Assembly: GCF_009914755.1 (NCBI RefSeq)
Contig: NC_060933.1
Length of the DNA stretch: 64,000 nucleotides
Direction: 5' to 3' (one strand)
Origin: the human T2T-CHM13v2.0 reference genome, Homo sapiens
A program made the position numbers and the translations under genes. Position 1 is the first letter of the stretch; each line of letters begins with the position of its first letter. The notes below the pieces were generated by a model that made no database searches, had not been told where the DNA came from, and saw only the letters and a list, made by a program, of their open reading frames with translations. Positions 36,441-49,135 of the stretch are shown here, one piece after another.

Positions 36441-37320
36441 AGGGCCTGGTCAGTGTGGGCCTGGTCAGTGAACTAGTCAGTTGGGACTTGGTCAGTGAGG
36501 CCTATTTACTGGGGGAATGGTCAGCCAGGGTCTGCTTAGAGAGGGTCTCATTAGAGGGATCGAGTAGTGCAGGTCTTGGTGAGTGGGGACCTAGTGGCAG
36601 ACAAATGTTTGGTGTCTGGTCAGTGCAAACCTGGGCTGCAGGGCTTGGTGAGTGGAGACCTGGTCAGCTGTGGCTTAGTGGTAGCCTTGTCAGAATGGGC
36701 TGGGTCACTGGTGACCCGGTCAAGGGGTGCTATTCAGTGGAGGCCTGGTCACATGGCACCTAGTCAGCAGGGCATGTCCTCATCAGTGAGACCCTTGTCA
36801 GTGGGACCCTGGTCATGGCAGCCTGGTCAGGTCAGTGGAACCTAATCAGTGGGGGCCTGGTCAGAGAGGACTTGATCAGTGGTGGCTTTTGTAGCACTGG
36901 TCTATGGGGTGACCTGGTCAACGGGGGTCTGAGCGGTACATGCCTGTTCAGTGGTGCCTAGTCACTAGGTTCCTGGTCGGGGCATCTGGTCACCGCAGGC
37001 CTGGTTAGTAGGGACCTGGTCACAGGCAGCCTGTTCCCTGGAGACCTGGTCAGTGGGGCTTCATCTGTGGGGCCAGGCAATGGGGTCATGATTGGTGGAA
37101 TGTGGTCAGGGAGGTCTTGTCAGTGAGGCCCTGGTCAGTGAGGCCTTGTCAGTGAGGTCCTTGTCAGTGGGGTCCTGGACACTGTGGGCCTGGCAGCGGG
37201 AATCTAGTTAGTGGGGCCTGGTGATGGGGGCCTAATCAGTGAGAGTGTGGTCAGGGAGGACCTGATGTGCGGGATCTGGTCAGCAGGGACCTGGTCAGTG
37301 GGGCTGCTGAGCACTGCTGG
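36441..37320 (+). repeat. Second block of the (CCTGGTCAGTGGGGN)n GC-rich minisatellite
   Basis: Same unit and same strand as 5575-6185; starts abruptly where the last MSTA LTR is truncated. Confidence 0.85.
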
Positions 37321-37512
37321 GAGGTGTCAGGGGAAACGCATGTTATCAGGGGTCCTATGGACAGCTGGGATGGCCCAGTGGTGTCCAATGGCCCAGTCAA
37401 AAGTGGACAAAGCAGGTGTTTGGATGGACCTGGGAGATCTTGCTCAGAGATTCTGAAAGAACAAAGGTAAAGGAAGGGCCAGAGTGGCTAGAGAGATGGT
37501 AACAGTCTATGG

Positions 37513-38484
37513 GCTGCACAGGATGGAGGAAGCCAGGGAACAGGCAGGGTGGGCAGTAGGGGTGCAGGGAGAGGCAGGTGCATGCTGGGAGGTCGGACCC
37601 TGTGAGGGCTGTGGGGGCGTCAGGTGGGGTGGGCTCCAGGTGCACTCTCAGTGTGCACTGGGCAGGTCTCGGTCCAGGCTCTCTGGACCCTGGTCGGGTG
37701 ATGTGGTCACTCCCTGGGGGACTGCTGTCAGGCCTAGCCACCCACCCTTGGCAGCACTGTCCCATCTCAGGACTGGACTTTCTCAGATCCTGCAGAGGGC
37801 ACAGCCTCCAGCCCAGGAGGGGCAGCCCCTTGGTGCAGCCTAAGCTCTCCATGGGCCTGGAGCATCCCTGCCAGCCCTGCGCTCCCTCTACTCCCAGGTC
37901 CCGCTTTTCAAGTGTCAGCCAGCAGAGAGGCTCCGTCCTCCCTTCCCTATGTGTCTCCTGGGCTAAAACTTGGGGCGCATTGGGACAGGGATGGTGCTTT
38001 CCTCAGGCCCATTTAGGGAGGGGACTGGCTCCCAGCCTGGCACAGGTCCTCAGCTCTGCCTTGGTTGCCTTAGAGTGACATGGATCAGTCAGTGCCCTGA
38101 AGGTAAATGGAAGAGACTGTCCCTGCTGTGTGGGAGGCTGGTCTAGGGATGGAGGACTTGGCAGGTCCTCCCAGTCTGTCAGGCCTGGACAGCACTGTCC
38201 TGTCTCAGGACTCAGAAAATCCGGTCTTGGGATGGGACGGTGCTGCCCAGGGTGGGTGGCCAGGGCTTGACAGCAGTCCCCCAGGGAGTGACCACATCAG
38301 CCAACCAGGGTCCAGGGAGCCTGGCCTGAGACCCACCCAGTGCATTGAGGGTGCACCTGGAGCCCACCCCACCTGATGCCCCCACAGCCCTCGCAGGGTC
38401 TGACCTCCCAGCATGCACCTGCCTCTCCCTGCACCCCAGATGTCCACCCTGCCTTTTCCCTGATTTCCTCCATCCTGTCCAGCA
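37513..38484. repeat. Inverted duplication, ~280-bp arms (~37513-37792 / ~38207-38484), ~415-bp spacer
   Basis: The arms are reverse complements of each other; the ORF track shows mirror peptides (HAGRSDPVRAVGASGGVGSRCTL on +, HAGRSDPARAVGASGGVGSRCTL on -). Confidence 0.88.
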
Positions 38485-39496
38485 GGATGGGCTGGTCAGT
38501 GGGATAGCCTCTGTGCACATTTTGTGGCAAGTAGGAGTGACACATCATTCCTGGGAGGCCCCGTGGTTCCTGCCAAACCCAACCCCAGAATTCTCCCTGA
38601 GGTGGTTTTACCAAACCCATAACCCAGAACTGCTATTGTGGTTTGGGGGTCAGCACCCACCAGTGCCAGGGCACTACTGGGAGGCTGGGACCTGACCAAA
38701 GCCCATGGTGTCTGTGGCCTGAGGACAGGGTGTCTTGGGGCCATGAGGACAGGCCACCAATGGCCGTTGGGTCATAGGGCCTGAGCCCCAGTGTTTGTCC
38801 TTCCCTGGCTCCTTCTGGTTCAGTCCCATCAGGGCTCTGGATCCCAAGACGCAGCATCCAAGGTTCCCTCCAGGAATCCTGGTGGCTCGGCTTACTTTGT
38901 CATGTTTCATCTGATAGCAAAAATATCAGATCGGCTGCACAGAAAAATGGCTCAAAGTGCTTAATGACCAGAAGAAATCTGGGAGTAGCAAGAAGGTAAT
39001 GTGGAGAGGGGAGGACCTCCATGACTGGTGTCTGCAGAGCCAGGGGTACAGGGACCCAGTGCAGTGACCTGGCACCACCTGCCTCTCAGAGGGTGGGTAG
39101 CACACTGTCCTTACCTGGGGGACAGCAGGCCTGGTCACCGGCTTTTCTCCCTGTCCCTGCAAGCATCACATTGCTGGAAGAGAATCTCATGCCAGAGCTT
39201 GGACCATCCCTAGCTTGGGGGTTAGGGGTTGTCTCTTGGTGACCTAAATGAAAAAATAGGTCCAGATCAGAGTTCGTGATGCATAGCACTCACCCACTCT
39301 TTGAATCATGGGAGGGGAGGCCTAGTCCTAGGTAAACCTAAACTCTTTGAGGAACCACAGAGCCCAAGGCTGGAAACCTCCAGAATCCTCCAGCCCCTGA
39401 TCCCCCCCCCCCCCGGGGACCTCTGTGGCCTGTCTCACCAGAGCACTCTTCTGTCTGTAGAGGTCTCAGGTGCTCTACAAGGGAGTCCCATTTCAG

Positions 39497-39840
39497 GTGT
39501 GGGGCTGGGTATGGTCAGTCCTGCTGGATGTCTAGAAGGTGAAAACCAAGGACCTAGGAAAATACCAGATACAGCCTTTCCACCGTCATCCAGAGCAGGA
39601 CAAACACGCCAGGTGGTGTCAGGAGCCCAGGTCTCCAGCTGGAGGGAATGTCAACCCTGCAGTGGGAGCCCATCATGCATCCTAGGCACAGATGCTAACG
39701 TAGGCACCGCAGGTAAGCTGGGTTTGGTACCCCTTCCTGGCTTCAGAAAGAAGCCAAACAAGGAGCTTTCTGCAGAATGAAACCTCTTTTCCATCCAGAA
39801 GCACTGCTGACTGTTTGGTGGTTGCTGTTAGGGCAGTGAG
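39497..39840 (+). other. Exon-like segment paralogous to the putative CYP4F30P/C2orf14 ORF (not P450-derived; frameshifted here)
   Basis: Acceptor catttcag| at 39496; ATG at 39511 gives MVSPAGCLEGENQGPRKIPDTAFPPSSRAGQT..., and a shifted frame continues LQKEAKQGAFCRMKPLFHPEALLTVWWL. Resemblance to the CYP4F30P putative peptide is from memory. Confidence 0.5.
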
Positions 39841-40371
39841 CCTTTTGTCCATTCTGAGATTAGGCTGGTTTCTCCTCTTGGCCCTGGCCTACAGACCATA
39901 AAGGAAAACAGCAAGAGGTCCCCAGCAAACATCTACAGATGGCCCTGGACATCAGCCACATTCAGAGAAACGTGTCATGTTCTGGGAGGGCTAAGGCATC
40001 GAGTAAGGCCTATGGGGCTGGAGGATCACAGGGCAGGTGGGGCAATCCAGAGCTGTGGGGGCTTCCATGGGAATTGGGAGGTCCCAAGGCAGAGGTAGGG
40101 GTTCCACAGGAGGAGTCACAGAGCCACCAAGGGCTCTCCTGGCCCAGGGAGCAGTCAACACCATGGACTGAACACCCACTGGGCTAAGCCCTGGGCCAGG
40201 CTGGGGCATGTGGGGCCAGGAGGCAGCTCAGAGTGGGAGACAGAGAGACAAGTGTGCTCAGAGGGCACCCATATCTGCATATAACGTGGTCCTGAATTTC
40301 TGGCTGGGAAGTGCTTCCAGGGTTTCATATGTGTTATGGAGATGCTTCCTCTCTCCAACCTCACCGTGCAG

Positions 40372-41355
40372 GAATCCCAGTGAATATATTGCCACCATCT
40401 TGGAGCTCAGTGCCCTCATAGTGTAACAGCACCAGCAGATCTGCCTGTGCACAGACTTCCTGTACTACCTCACTCCTGAGGGGAGATGCTTCTGCAGGGC
40501 CTGCGACCTGGTGCACAACTTTAGACACCATCATCCTGGAGCGGCACTGCACCCTCACTAGCCAGGGTGTTGATGACTTCCTCAATGCCAAGGCCACGTT
40601 CAAGATTTTCGACTTCAGTGATGCGTTTGTGCTGAGCAAGGTGGGCTTCTCCGGGATCTTAATTCAGGAGGTAGAATGCAGCTTGAGATCTAGTGTCTGA
40701 TCAAAGAACTTGAACTTGACCTGGAGGGCTCTGGGGAGCCATGGAAGGTGCTGGATAAAGGAAGGGACAGTCATATATATTTTAGAGATGACTGTGGAAG
40801 GCTGCCTGGAAGGAGTGAACAAGAGCCAGGAGACCAGGGAGGGAGTTTGTGGGGCAGGTCTGGAGATGGCAAGGGAGGGATCCTGCTTGGATGAAAGGTC
40901 TTCAGGGACTGTCTCAGGTTACACTCAGGTGCCCTCAGAGCTACTGTGTTCAGGGTTCTTGTCTCCAGGATGAAAATAAGGAGGAGTTGTCAGACAAGGA
41001 CATATACATGGAGGCTGGCATCTTCATGAGTGCCAATCGTGGTCCTGGTGTGGACTACTGTGGGAGCAGGGGTCTCTCCATCCAGGGACATGGTGGATGG
41101 ACCCTACATCACTCCATTCTGCCCTTCCTTTCCCTCCCATTCTCCTGAGGGACTCAATGCATGGGCACTGTCCAACCTCTGGTGCTGAAGCAGCCAAGAG
41201 ACCCAAGCCTGCCTTGCTGCCACTTAGGATATGACAGCACAGCCAGTGGCCTCTACTGGATCCTGGTACCCCTCAGAAGACACCCAGACACTGGGAGTGC
41301 TGCCACCTCGTGGTGCAAGAGTTCTGAGGGACGGCAATTCTGAAGACATTGAATG
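40372..41355 (+). pseudogene. CYP4F: Unprocessed CYP4F gene fragment: three orphan exons (40372-40640, 40969-~41028, 41228-41355)
   Basis: NPSEYIATILELSALIV*...DFLYYLTPEG...RACDLVH...SQGVDDFLNAKA...LSK|gt, then ag|DENKEELSDKDIYMEAGIFM, then ag|GYDSTASGLYWIL...IEW|gt; these match CYP4F exons spanning the I-helix. Stop at 40424, frameshifts, lost donor of the middle exon, and no heme-binding exons. Confidence 0.9.
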
Positions 41356-41919
41356 GTGGGTGCTGGGCCTCATGGCTGTTCCCCAGCCCCTCTCATTGGC
41401 TCTGCTCCAGGTGGAGAAGGGGGATGATGTCTCTGTCAGTTCTGCTGTTTTAGCCTAGAAGGAAAAGAAGCAGAGCCCAGAAGCAGGGCCTGGTACCCAG
41501 CCTGCCTAACAAGGGAGAATTTGTAGGCTTTGTGGACAGAAAGATCTGGGACTCCATGTCACCCACTAACTTGCTGAGACATTAGTAAAATCAGTTTTCT
41601 TTTCTGAACTATGTTTCTGTCATCTGTACATTGAGAGGAATTTCTTTTACTCCACGAGGCTGCTTGGAGAATTAGTGACAGTGTGTGTAGAGCATGTGCC
41701 ACCCAGCAGGCATTTGGTGTCGAGACCACACCTCCTCCCCCTTCATTTTCAGCCTAAATTTGCATTTTGTTCTTAAGACTTTCACTCGCCTTAATTTTAC
41801 TCTTTCCTCTGATTCCCACCTTATCGTCTATCCCATGGAGTCACTAGGATCTAAGTGGGTAACAGTCATGTATGCATGTATGTGTATGTACGTATATACT
41901 TTGTTGGTGTTGGAGTGTG

Positions 41920-41947
41920 GTGTGTGAATGTGTGTGTGTGTGTGTGT
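41920..41947. repeat. (TG)n microsatellite
   Basis: gtgtgtgaatgtgtgtgtgtgtgtgtgt. Confidence 0.8.
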
Positions 41948-42479
41948 TGGAGTTACTGGGTGACTGAAACTGTACACATCAGGCTGTGGTTCTGCCCATT
42001 GCTGGAAGCGCTGTCAGGGGTCCTGCCCTCAACCCCAGGTCTGACCCTTGCAGCGCAGGCAGGACATTCTGGAGGAATCATGCCCTTGGGAGGATCCCTG
42101 AGGAGTGACTGGTGGGTATTGGTGGATAAATACCCCTGGTCCCTTGCTCTGGGTATGATGACTCTGAAGCACATGTTCTGTGCTGTCTCTCAGAGGTACC
42201 TGGCAGGGCTGAGTCCTGGCTGCCACAGTGGAAACTTTCTTGATGAAGGTCCCTTTAACTGCTGCATTCCTTTCCTGTCTCAGTTCCCCACTCCTCCACT
42301 GATGTTTCCTGGGATTAGCACCCTAAGGAAGAACTGGCAGTCGAATTAATATCCTAGCGTTATCTCCAAACAAAATTTTTGTATTTGAATCTTTGCCTCA
42401 GGATCTACTTCCAGGAAATTCAGACTAAGACACACATTTTTCTTTTGGCTCCTTGAATCCCCATAGGCCTGACATTTTG

Positions 42480-42935
42480 CTGTTTTTATCAAAAAGGAAC
42501 ATGAGGATCAGAGAGGGAAAGTCACTTGCCCAAAGTCACCCAGCTGAACAGTGGTAGAGTTCAACTTTGATCATGAGATGTCTGGCCCCCAGGTGGAGGC
42601 TTGCTCCTCTCCCATGAGACTCCTTCCTTATCAGGGTCAAATGAATGAATGGAGGATGTTAAAAGTGGGGTCTCTGATGCCTTTGCCAGATAAACCCCAG
42701 GCTCATGGCTGGCGCCTGTTTTCTCATTCTTACCTCATTAAGAGTAGTAATGAAAAACATGCTCAGTGCTGACCGTGTGCCTGGGGGTGTTGTAGGCACT
42801 CCACTTACTTTAATTCATTTAATTTTCACAATAACCTTGTTTTTACTTCTAGTTGTTATATGAAAAAACTGAGGCAAAGAGCAATACAGAGAGTTGCAAA
42901 AATTCATACCGCTGGTCCAGGTTTGAACCAAACAG
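42480..42935. mobile_element. MIR SINE fragments
   Basis: MIR core-like motifs: gaggatcagagagggaaagtcacttgcccaaagtcacccagct and atgaaaaaactgaggcaaagag. Confidence 0.6.
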
Positions 42936-43054
42936 TCTGCACCTGGAGTCCTTGTTTGTAACCATGGCACCCTGTCTTCACACATATCTCATCGTGGAGT
43001 TCCATCTTGTGTTAGGCATGGCACTGAGCAGCTTCTTTTAAGAACATAATTTGT

Positions 43055-43505
<451 letters not shown>

Positions 43506-43791
43506 CTATAGAAACCTCAGCTAGTGTGCCGAGGAGTCTGGTCCCTTTGGGGAATGTGGCAGTCAGGTTCTGGCAGGGACCTCGAAGTGGCTGGTAATGT
43601 CTTTCATTACCACCACCACGTGACCTGGTCTTACGACCTGTTAGCTTCCTTCATCAGGCATGAGCACCAGGATGGCAGGGGCCTCATCTGTCCTGTTCCT
43701 CCTGTGGCCTGGGTCCTAGCACCATGTCTGGTACAGTGTAGGTGCTCAAGGGAAGTTTACTTTATAGAACTGTCTACCTGGGAGATGTTGC

Positions 43792-44182
43792 TGTTAGTCT
43801 AACCTGTACCATTTTGTAAACCTGCAGCCGTTTTGCACACCCTGGTCAGAATGAAACATTCCTTGGGAACTCGGGCCGTGAGAAGCATCCTTCCTGATCA
43901 CCTGACTGTAGAAACATCCTTATCGCACCCTCCCGGGCAAAGGCCCAACAGCCTGACTGCAGGAACATCCTTGCCATATCCTGCCGGGCAGCAAGCTCTA
44001 CCGCCCACACCCCTCCTTCCCAGTCCCATGATCACCCCAGCCTGTGAGAGGCAGTTGGTGCTGGCAGTAAGCTGGTTTCCTCCTCTGCAGGGTTTTGCTA
44101 GTAATAAAGGTGTTGCTGTTGAAGCCGTCAACTGTCTTTCTCTGTCTTTCTTTAACCCTTGCCTTGCCTTCAAAATCTAACA
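43792..44182 (+). mobile_element. Solo ERV LTR (family not assigned)
   Basis: Terminal inverted ends tgttag...ctaaca, internal aataaa near 44103, internal direct repeats (cctgactg..gaacatcctt), partial 5-bp TSD (gttgc/atagc). Confidence 0.6.
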
Positions 44183-45574
44183 ATAGCTCTACCTCTCCAT
44201 TTTACCAAGGAGGATATGAGACTCAAGGAGAGCAAGAGACTTACCCAGAATTACAGAGCCAGTGAGTCACAGAACTTGAACTTGAGCTCAGTTCAGCTGA
44301 ATCCAGAACTCATGTCTTCCTGAGAGTCCAGGGAAGGAAAGGTGGAACTGCAGCCAGTGGGTGCCCACAGGCTTGTCCTAGGAGACCACATGCAGCCTCC
44401 TGGGAATTGTGTCCTCTTGGGCACAAAAGAAGAACTGTTCACCTGTGCTGCATCAGCTAAGTGTCCCCATTGTCCCAAATTGTTGTATTTTTTCAAAGTT
44501 TCATTTTAGTAACTAGATTTCTCACAGCTCAGTGTTGAAAACAAAGCACAGAGGCATATAGAAAGCCGTGTTTGGGTTTTTCTCATTTTTTTCCCAGTGA
44601 CTATACAAATGAATGTACAAAAGAGCACAAATACGCTCATACTTTTTATATAGAGATGAGGCCCCCCCCACTCATATTCCTCTGCCACTACCCTTCCTTT
44701 TTTTTTTTTTTTTTCTTTTCATGGGAGGACCTGTCTTTCAATACTAGTCCATGTGATTTGGGAAGGCTGACCCACCCTGGGCAATCAGATCAGCAGGGTA
44801 ATTGATTCAGGAGTGGTCATGTGATCCAAGCTGGGCTCATGGAAGTCATCCCTGAACTTCTGATGAAACTGCTGGGAATGAGGTGCTTACTTTTTATTGG
44901 CATATCTATTTGTAAGGAAGTAAGTGATGTGAACTTTATGGGGCCATTTTTGCTGCTCTCTCAAAACAGCTTGCCTGAAAAGCAGAGCTGACACAGGAAA
45001 TGAAGGGACAGAATGAGCCTTGGTTGATATTAGTTGACCCCTGATCCCACTGAGACAGAAGCCCATCTACTCATGTACATTTTTAGTAAGTAAAGCCAAA
45101 TAATTCAATGTTCTGCTGGATCCAGTTAGGTTTCAGTCACTTGCAGTCAAGAGAGTCCTGCATAATAGCACTTTCTGTGATGCTTAGGTCCCACCTGCCA
45201 GAGCTTTAGAACTGTAGAAGGGTAAAGTGAACCCAGGCAGTGCTGAGCTAGCCAATCTCCTGGCTAAGTGTGCAAAGGAACCCTGGAGTCACTACCACTT
45301 TGGTCTGAAAAATAGCCTTGCCTGCTGCTTACCATACAGCCATAGGGGTATTGCTTCCCTGAGCCTGTAGGCATTATACCTCTTTTTAAAAATGATGTTT
45401 ATTTAAGAAAATGTTTTGTGTAGATGGTGTCTTGCTATGTTGCCCAGGCTTGTCTTGAATTCCTGGCCTAAAGTGCCGAGATTATAGGCATGAGCCACTT
45501 TGTTTGGCCAGCAGTATACTTCTATTAGTTGTCAATGCTTTTTTGTTCTGTAGTTTCTAGTGTGTGCTTGAGGA

Positions 45575-45658
45575 TGCGTGTGTATGTGTGAGTTTATGTG
45601 TGTGTATGTATGCGTGAGAGTGTGTGTGTGAGTTTGTGTGTGTGTGTGTGTGTGTGTG
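45575..45658. repeat. (TG)n microsatellite
   Basis: Long imperfect tg run. Confidence 0.85.
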
Positions 45659-45931
45659 AGTTTTTACCTTTATCTTGCAGGGTTATTGCAAGCATCAAGT
45701 GGGATCCCGTAGGCGCAGTACTCAGTCCAGTGACTGGCACATACAGTGAGCTCTCTCTGTTCTCTTTTCTCCTCCTGATTCAGAGAATGACTTAAGGATC
45801 TGTGACGTGTGCCAGTTTTCAACGCCCTGCATAAATAATGGGGAGTACTGTTGCCATAACTTTGCACTAGTTTTAATTCATTTTATCTGTTTAGCATGAG
45901 ATACCTCAAAGTCCCTGAATAAATTTATGTC

Positions 45932-45964
<33 letters not shown>

Positions 45965-46605
45965 TAAGTATGTTTCTTGAGAGCTGACAAGCTTAGTTTT
46001 GGTTCCCTGATGCTGCAGTAGAGGCCACTGTGTTCTGATTTTTGAGTGATGGCTGCCAGCTCTCCAAGTGTCACAGTCAGTGAGGCATCCATGGGGGCAA
46101 GCGCCAAGGATGAGTGTGGCCAGTCAGCATCTGCAAGCCCGTTTTGTCTATCCTCTTTATTTTTATAATATGTTTTATTCATTTTTTAGGTTTATCATTT
46201 AATCTGTTGTAAACTTCTCTCCTAAAATGTTTCTTAGTTCTACTAGGGGTTAGTTTCATGAAACAAGTCCAGAAATAGTCCACGGCAGCCAGGGATACAC
46301 AGCATGCCATTGGGGAGGGAGAAATCTTGTAGATTGAAGGTTTTGTTGTAGGGACAATCTTTCCAATGGTCTTCAAGTTGCTAAACCCAACTCAGGGCAT
46401 TTCATCCTATTTCCAGAGAGCAGCAAGCAGAGAAAGCAAAGGGAAATTGGTCAACAAAAAAGAGGAACAATAACTCTCCCCTTTCCAAACAGATTTTCAG
46501 AAATCCAAAGCAGTGAATTCTGCATTTCACATTGGCCAGGACTATAAGATTCGCTCACTACAGTTACGAGAAAAACTGGGAAACTCATTTAAAGACGTTA
46601 ACCAG

Positions 46606-46952
46606 GGCCAGGCATGGTGGCTCATGCCTGTAATTCCAGCAATTTGGGAGGCCAAGGTGGGAGAATCACTTGAGCACAGGAATTTGAAACCAGTCCAGGC
46701 AACATAACGAGACCCAGTCTCTACAAAAACAAAACAAAACAAAAGCTGGGTGTGGCGGTGCACACCTGTTATGCCTGCAGTCCTACCTACTCAGGAGTCT
46801 GAGCTGGGAGATCACATGAGCCCAGAAGTTCAAGACTGCAGTGAGCTCTGATCATGCCACTGTACTCCAGCCTGGGAGACAGAGTGAGACCATTTTTCAA
46901 AAAAAAAAAATTATAAAATAATAAAATATGCATAAATAAATAAATAAATAAA
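46606..46952 (+). mobile_element. Alu SINE (AluJ-like) with (AAAT)n tail
   Basis: gggagaatcacttgagcacaggaatttgaaaccagtcc; gttcaagactgcagtgagctctgatcatgcc. Confidence 0.9.
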
Positions 46953-47829
46953 GACATTTAAACAGTGCTCCTTGGAAAAAGTGAATCTATGTTCCCTTAG
47001 TGAAGAAGATGAGAATAATGGATATAGCAGGGAAATGGACAGCATTGGCCACATTAGACCAAAATGAAAGTCATAACAGGTACCCCAAATCAGTACCATT
47101 AAAACCACATAATGTGACCATAATGCAGTCAAATTGTGACCAACAAAAAACAAACTGACAAAAAAGGTATCATGGAGCATACGAATTCTAAATCTAAATT
47201 GAATGGAGCTCAGAAGGGCTTCCCACTGAAAATGAAACCATGTGTATGTAAATGAATTGTAACAAAGCTACTACATAGCAACATTAAGGTGGCAGAGCGG
47301 AAAGGTTGCTAAGACAGATATCTGTCATCTTGTACCATTTTTTAAGAAAGGAAAAACTACAAAATTATGAATTTGAGTTCTAATTGAGGGATAAGACAAT
47401 GATAAAGTCAATAATTGTTAACGTTTACTGTGCTTCAGTCCTACCCTGTGGTCATTCATGCCCAATAAGTGAAGAGCTGGAACTGAAAGCTTTCTTATAT
47501 TTATTCAATTGTAGTCTCCCTCCAGGGTGTGGAATCATGTATAAAGGAGGGATAGTGTTTAAAGAGGTATTTTCTGCATTTTTTACTTCCATAAGCAGTC
47601 TCTGCTGTGTGAGTTCTTGTATGAACTATGAGTCTGAGACAACACTGAGGCTTTTTTCATATTCCTTACTTTCATAGCTTCTCTCCAGTGTGAGAACAAA
47701 TATCTACTCACGATGAATGAAGATGAAAGGCTTTCCATAGACTTTACCTTCAGAGGGTTTCTTTTCACACTTCTGTAAGATAGGAGAGTTCAGGAAAGAT
47801 GTTCTCATGCATGTTAACTCATTGAGCTC

Positions 47830-48600
47830 CCTTCCAGTATGTCCTCCTCACATGTTCAGTACGGTGAAAAATTAATGATGATTTCCCTGCCACTCACAGG
47901 GCTTCTCACTATTGTGAATCTTAAGATGGCTTTTAATTCTGGTGACTTTGCAAAGTCTTTTTCACATTTATCACATTTATAGGGTTTCTTCCAGTGTGAC
48001 TCCTTATATGTGCATGTTTTGAGCCTTGCTGAAGGCTTTCCCACATTCCTTACATCCATAGGGCTTCTCCAGAATGTTCTTTCTTAAATATTTATTAAGG
48101 TGTAGGGAATATCTAAAGCCTTTCTCACTTTTGTTACATTCATAAGGTTTCTCTCCAGTGTGAAGTTTCATATGTCTCATAAGAAATGACTGATAACGTA
48201 AAGGCTTTCCTTCATTTGGGACATGTATGGCTTTTCTCTCCAGTAGTACTACTCCTGTGTGGACCAGAATTTGGAGCAGGACAGAGGTTTTTCCACTTTG
48301 ATGATTCTTATTCTTCATCTCTACAGAACAGAACTGCATCTGGACAGCATGGACTGAGTTATTTCTGAAGATGTTTTCACATTGAGTAAAATTATACATT
48401 TTCTCCCTAACATGAGTTATGTGTGCCCTAAGGCACATGTCTTCACTACAGGCTGATTCAAATGGACTCCACTCATGAATGTTTGTCCTTGTATTAATTT
48501 TACTATGTATATGATGGACATTGTTCTGACTGCCTGTCCATGTGTTTGATTTTAGCTGTTTTTCTCCCATATGAAACCCAGTGAATGTTGCACTTCAAGA
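47830..48600 (-). pseudogene. ZNF114P: Decayed C2H2 zinc-finger exon, ZNF114-like
   Basis: Minus-strand peptides HTGEKPYECNKSEKGFRYSLHLNKYLRK...KPYGCKECGKAF and KPYKCDKCEKDFAKSPELK resemble ZNF114 (FRYSLHLNKHLRK; KDFAKSSGLK, from memory). Zn-ligand residues are mutated and there are frameshifts; the upstream side is interrupted by L1 and no KRAB exon is seen. Confidence 0.72.
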
Positions 48601-48624
48601 CTATCATGTTGATTGTTTTCATAT

Positions 48625-49135
48625 ATATTACTTTATTGCAATAGTTTTTGGGAAACAGGTGGTTTTTGGTTACATGGAAAAGTTATTTAGTGGTGATTTC
48701 TGAGATTTTGGTGTACGCATTACTCAAGTAGTGTACATTGTACCCAATGTGTAGTCTTTTATCCCTCACCCCCCTAACCTTCCCTCTGAGTCCCCAAAGT
48801 CTATTAAATCATTCTTATGCCTTCACTCTCTCATAGCTTAGCTCCCACTTATAAGTGAGAACATACAATATTTGTTTTTTATTCCTGAGTTACTTCACTT
48901 ACAATAATCATCTCTAACTCCATCCAGGTTGCTGCAAGTGTCATTATTTGATTCATTTTTAGGGCTGAGTAGTATTCCATGGTGTATCTATAACATTTTC
49001 TTTGTCCACTCATTGGCTGATAGACATTTAACCTTGTTACACATTTTTGCAACTGTGAGTTGTGCTGCTATGAATGTGCATACATGTGTCTTTTTCATAT
49101 GACTTCTTTTCCTCTAGGTGGATACCCAGGAGTGA
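48625..49135 (-). mobile_element. L1 3' end (antisense)
   Basis: tagctcccacttataagtgagaacatac; ctccatccaggttgctgc; gctgagtagtattccatggtgt; ggatacccaggagtg. Confidence 0.9.

Noticed and set aside
38850-38960. Possible additional upstream CYP4F exon (SWWLGLLCH...)
   Set aside because: The resemblance is too weak and lacks convincing splice sites; it would need tBLASTn to support.
48004-48570. 188-aa ORF as a functional zinc-finger protein
   Set aside because: Cys/His ligands are mutated, there are frameshifts between fingers, and no KRAB exon is present.
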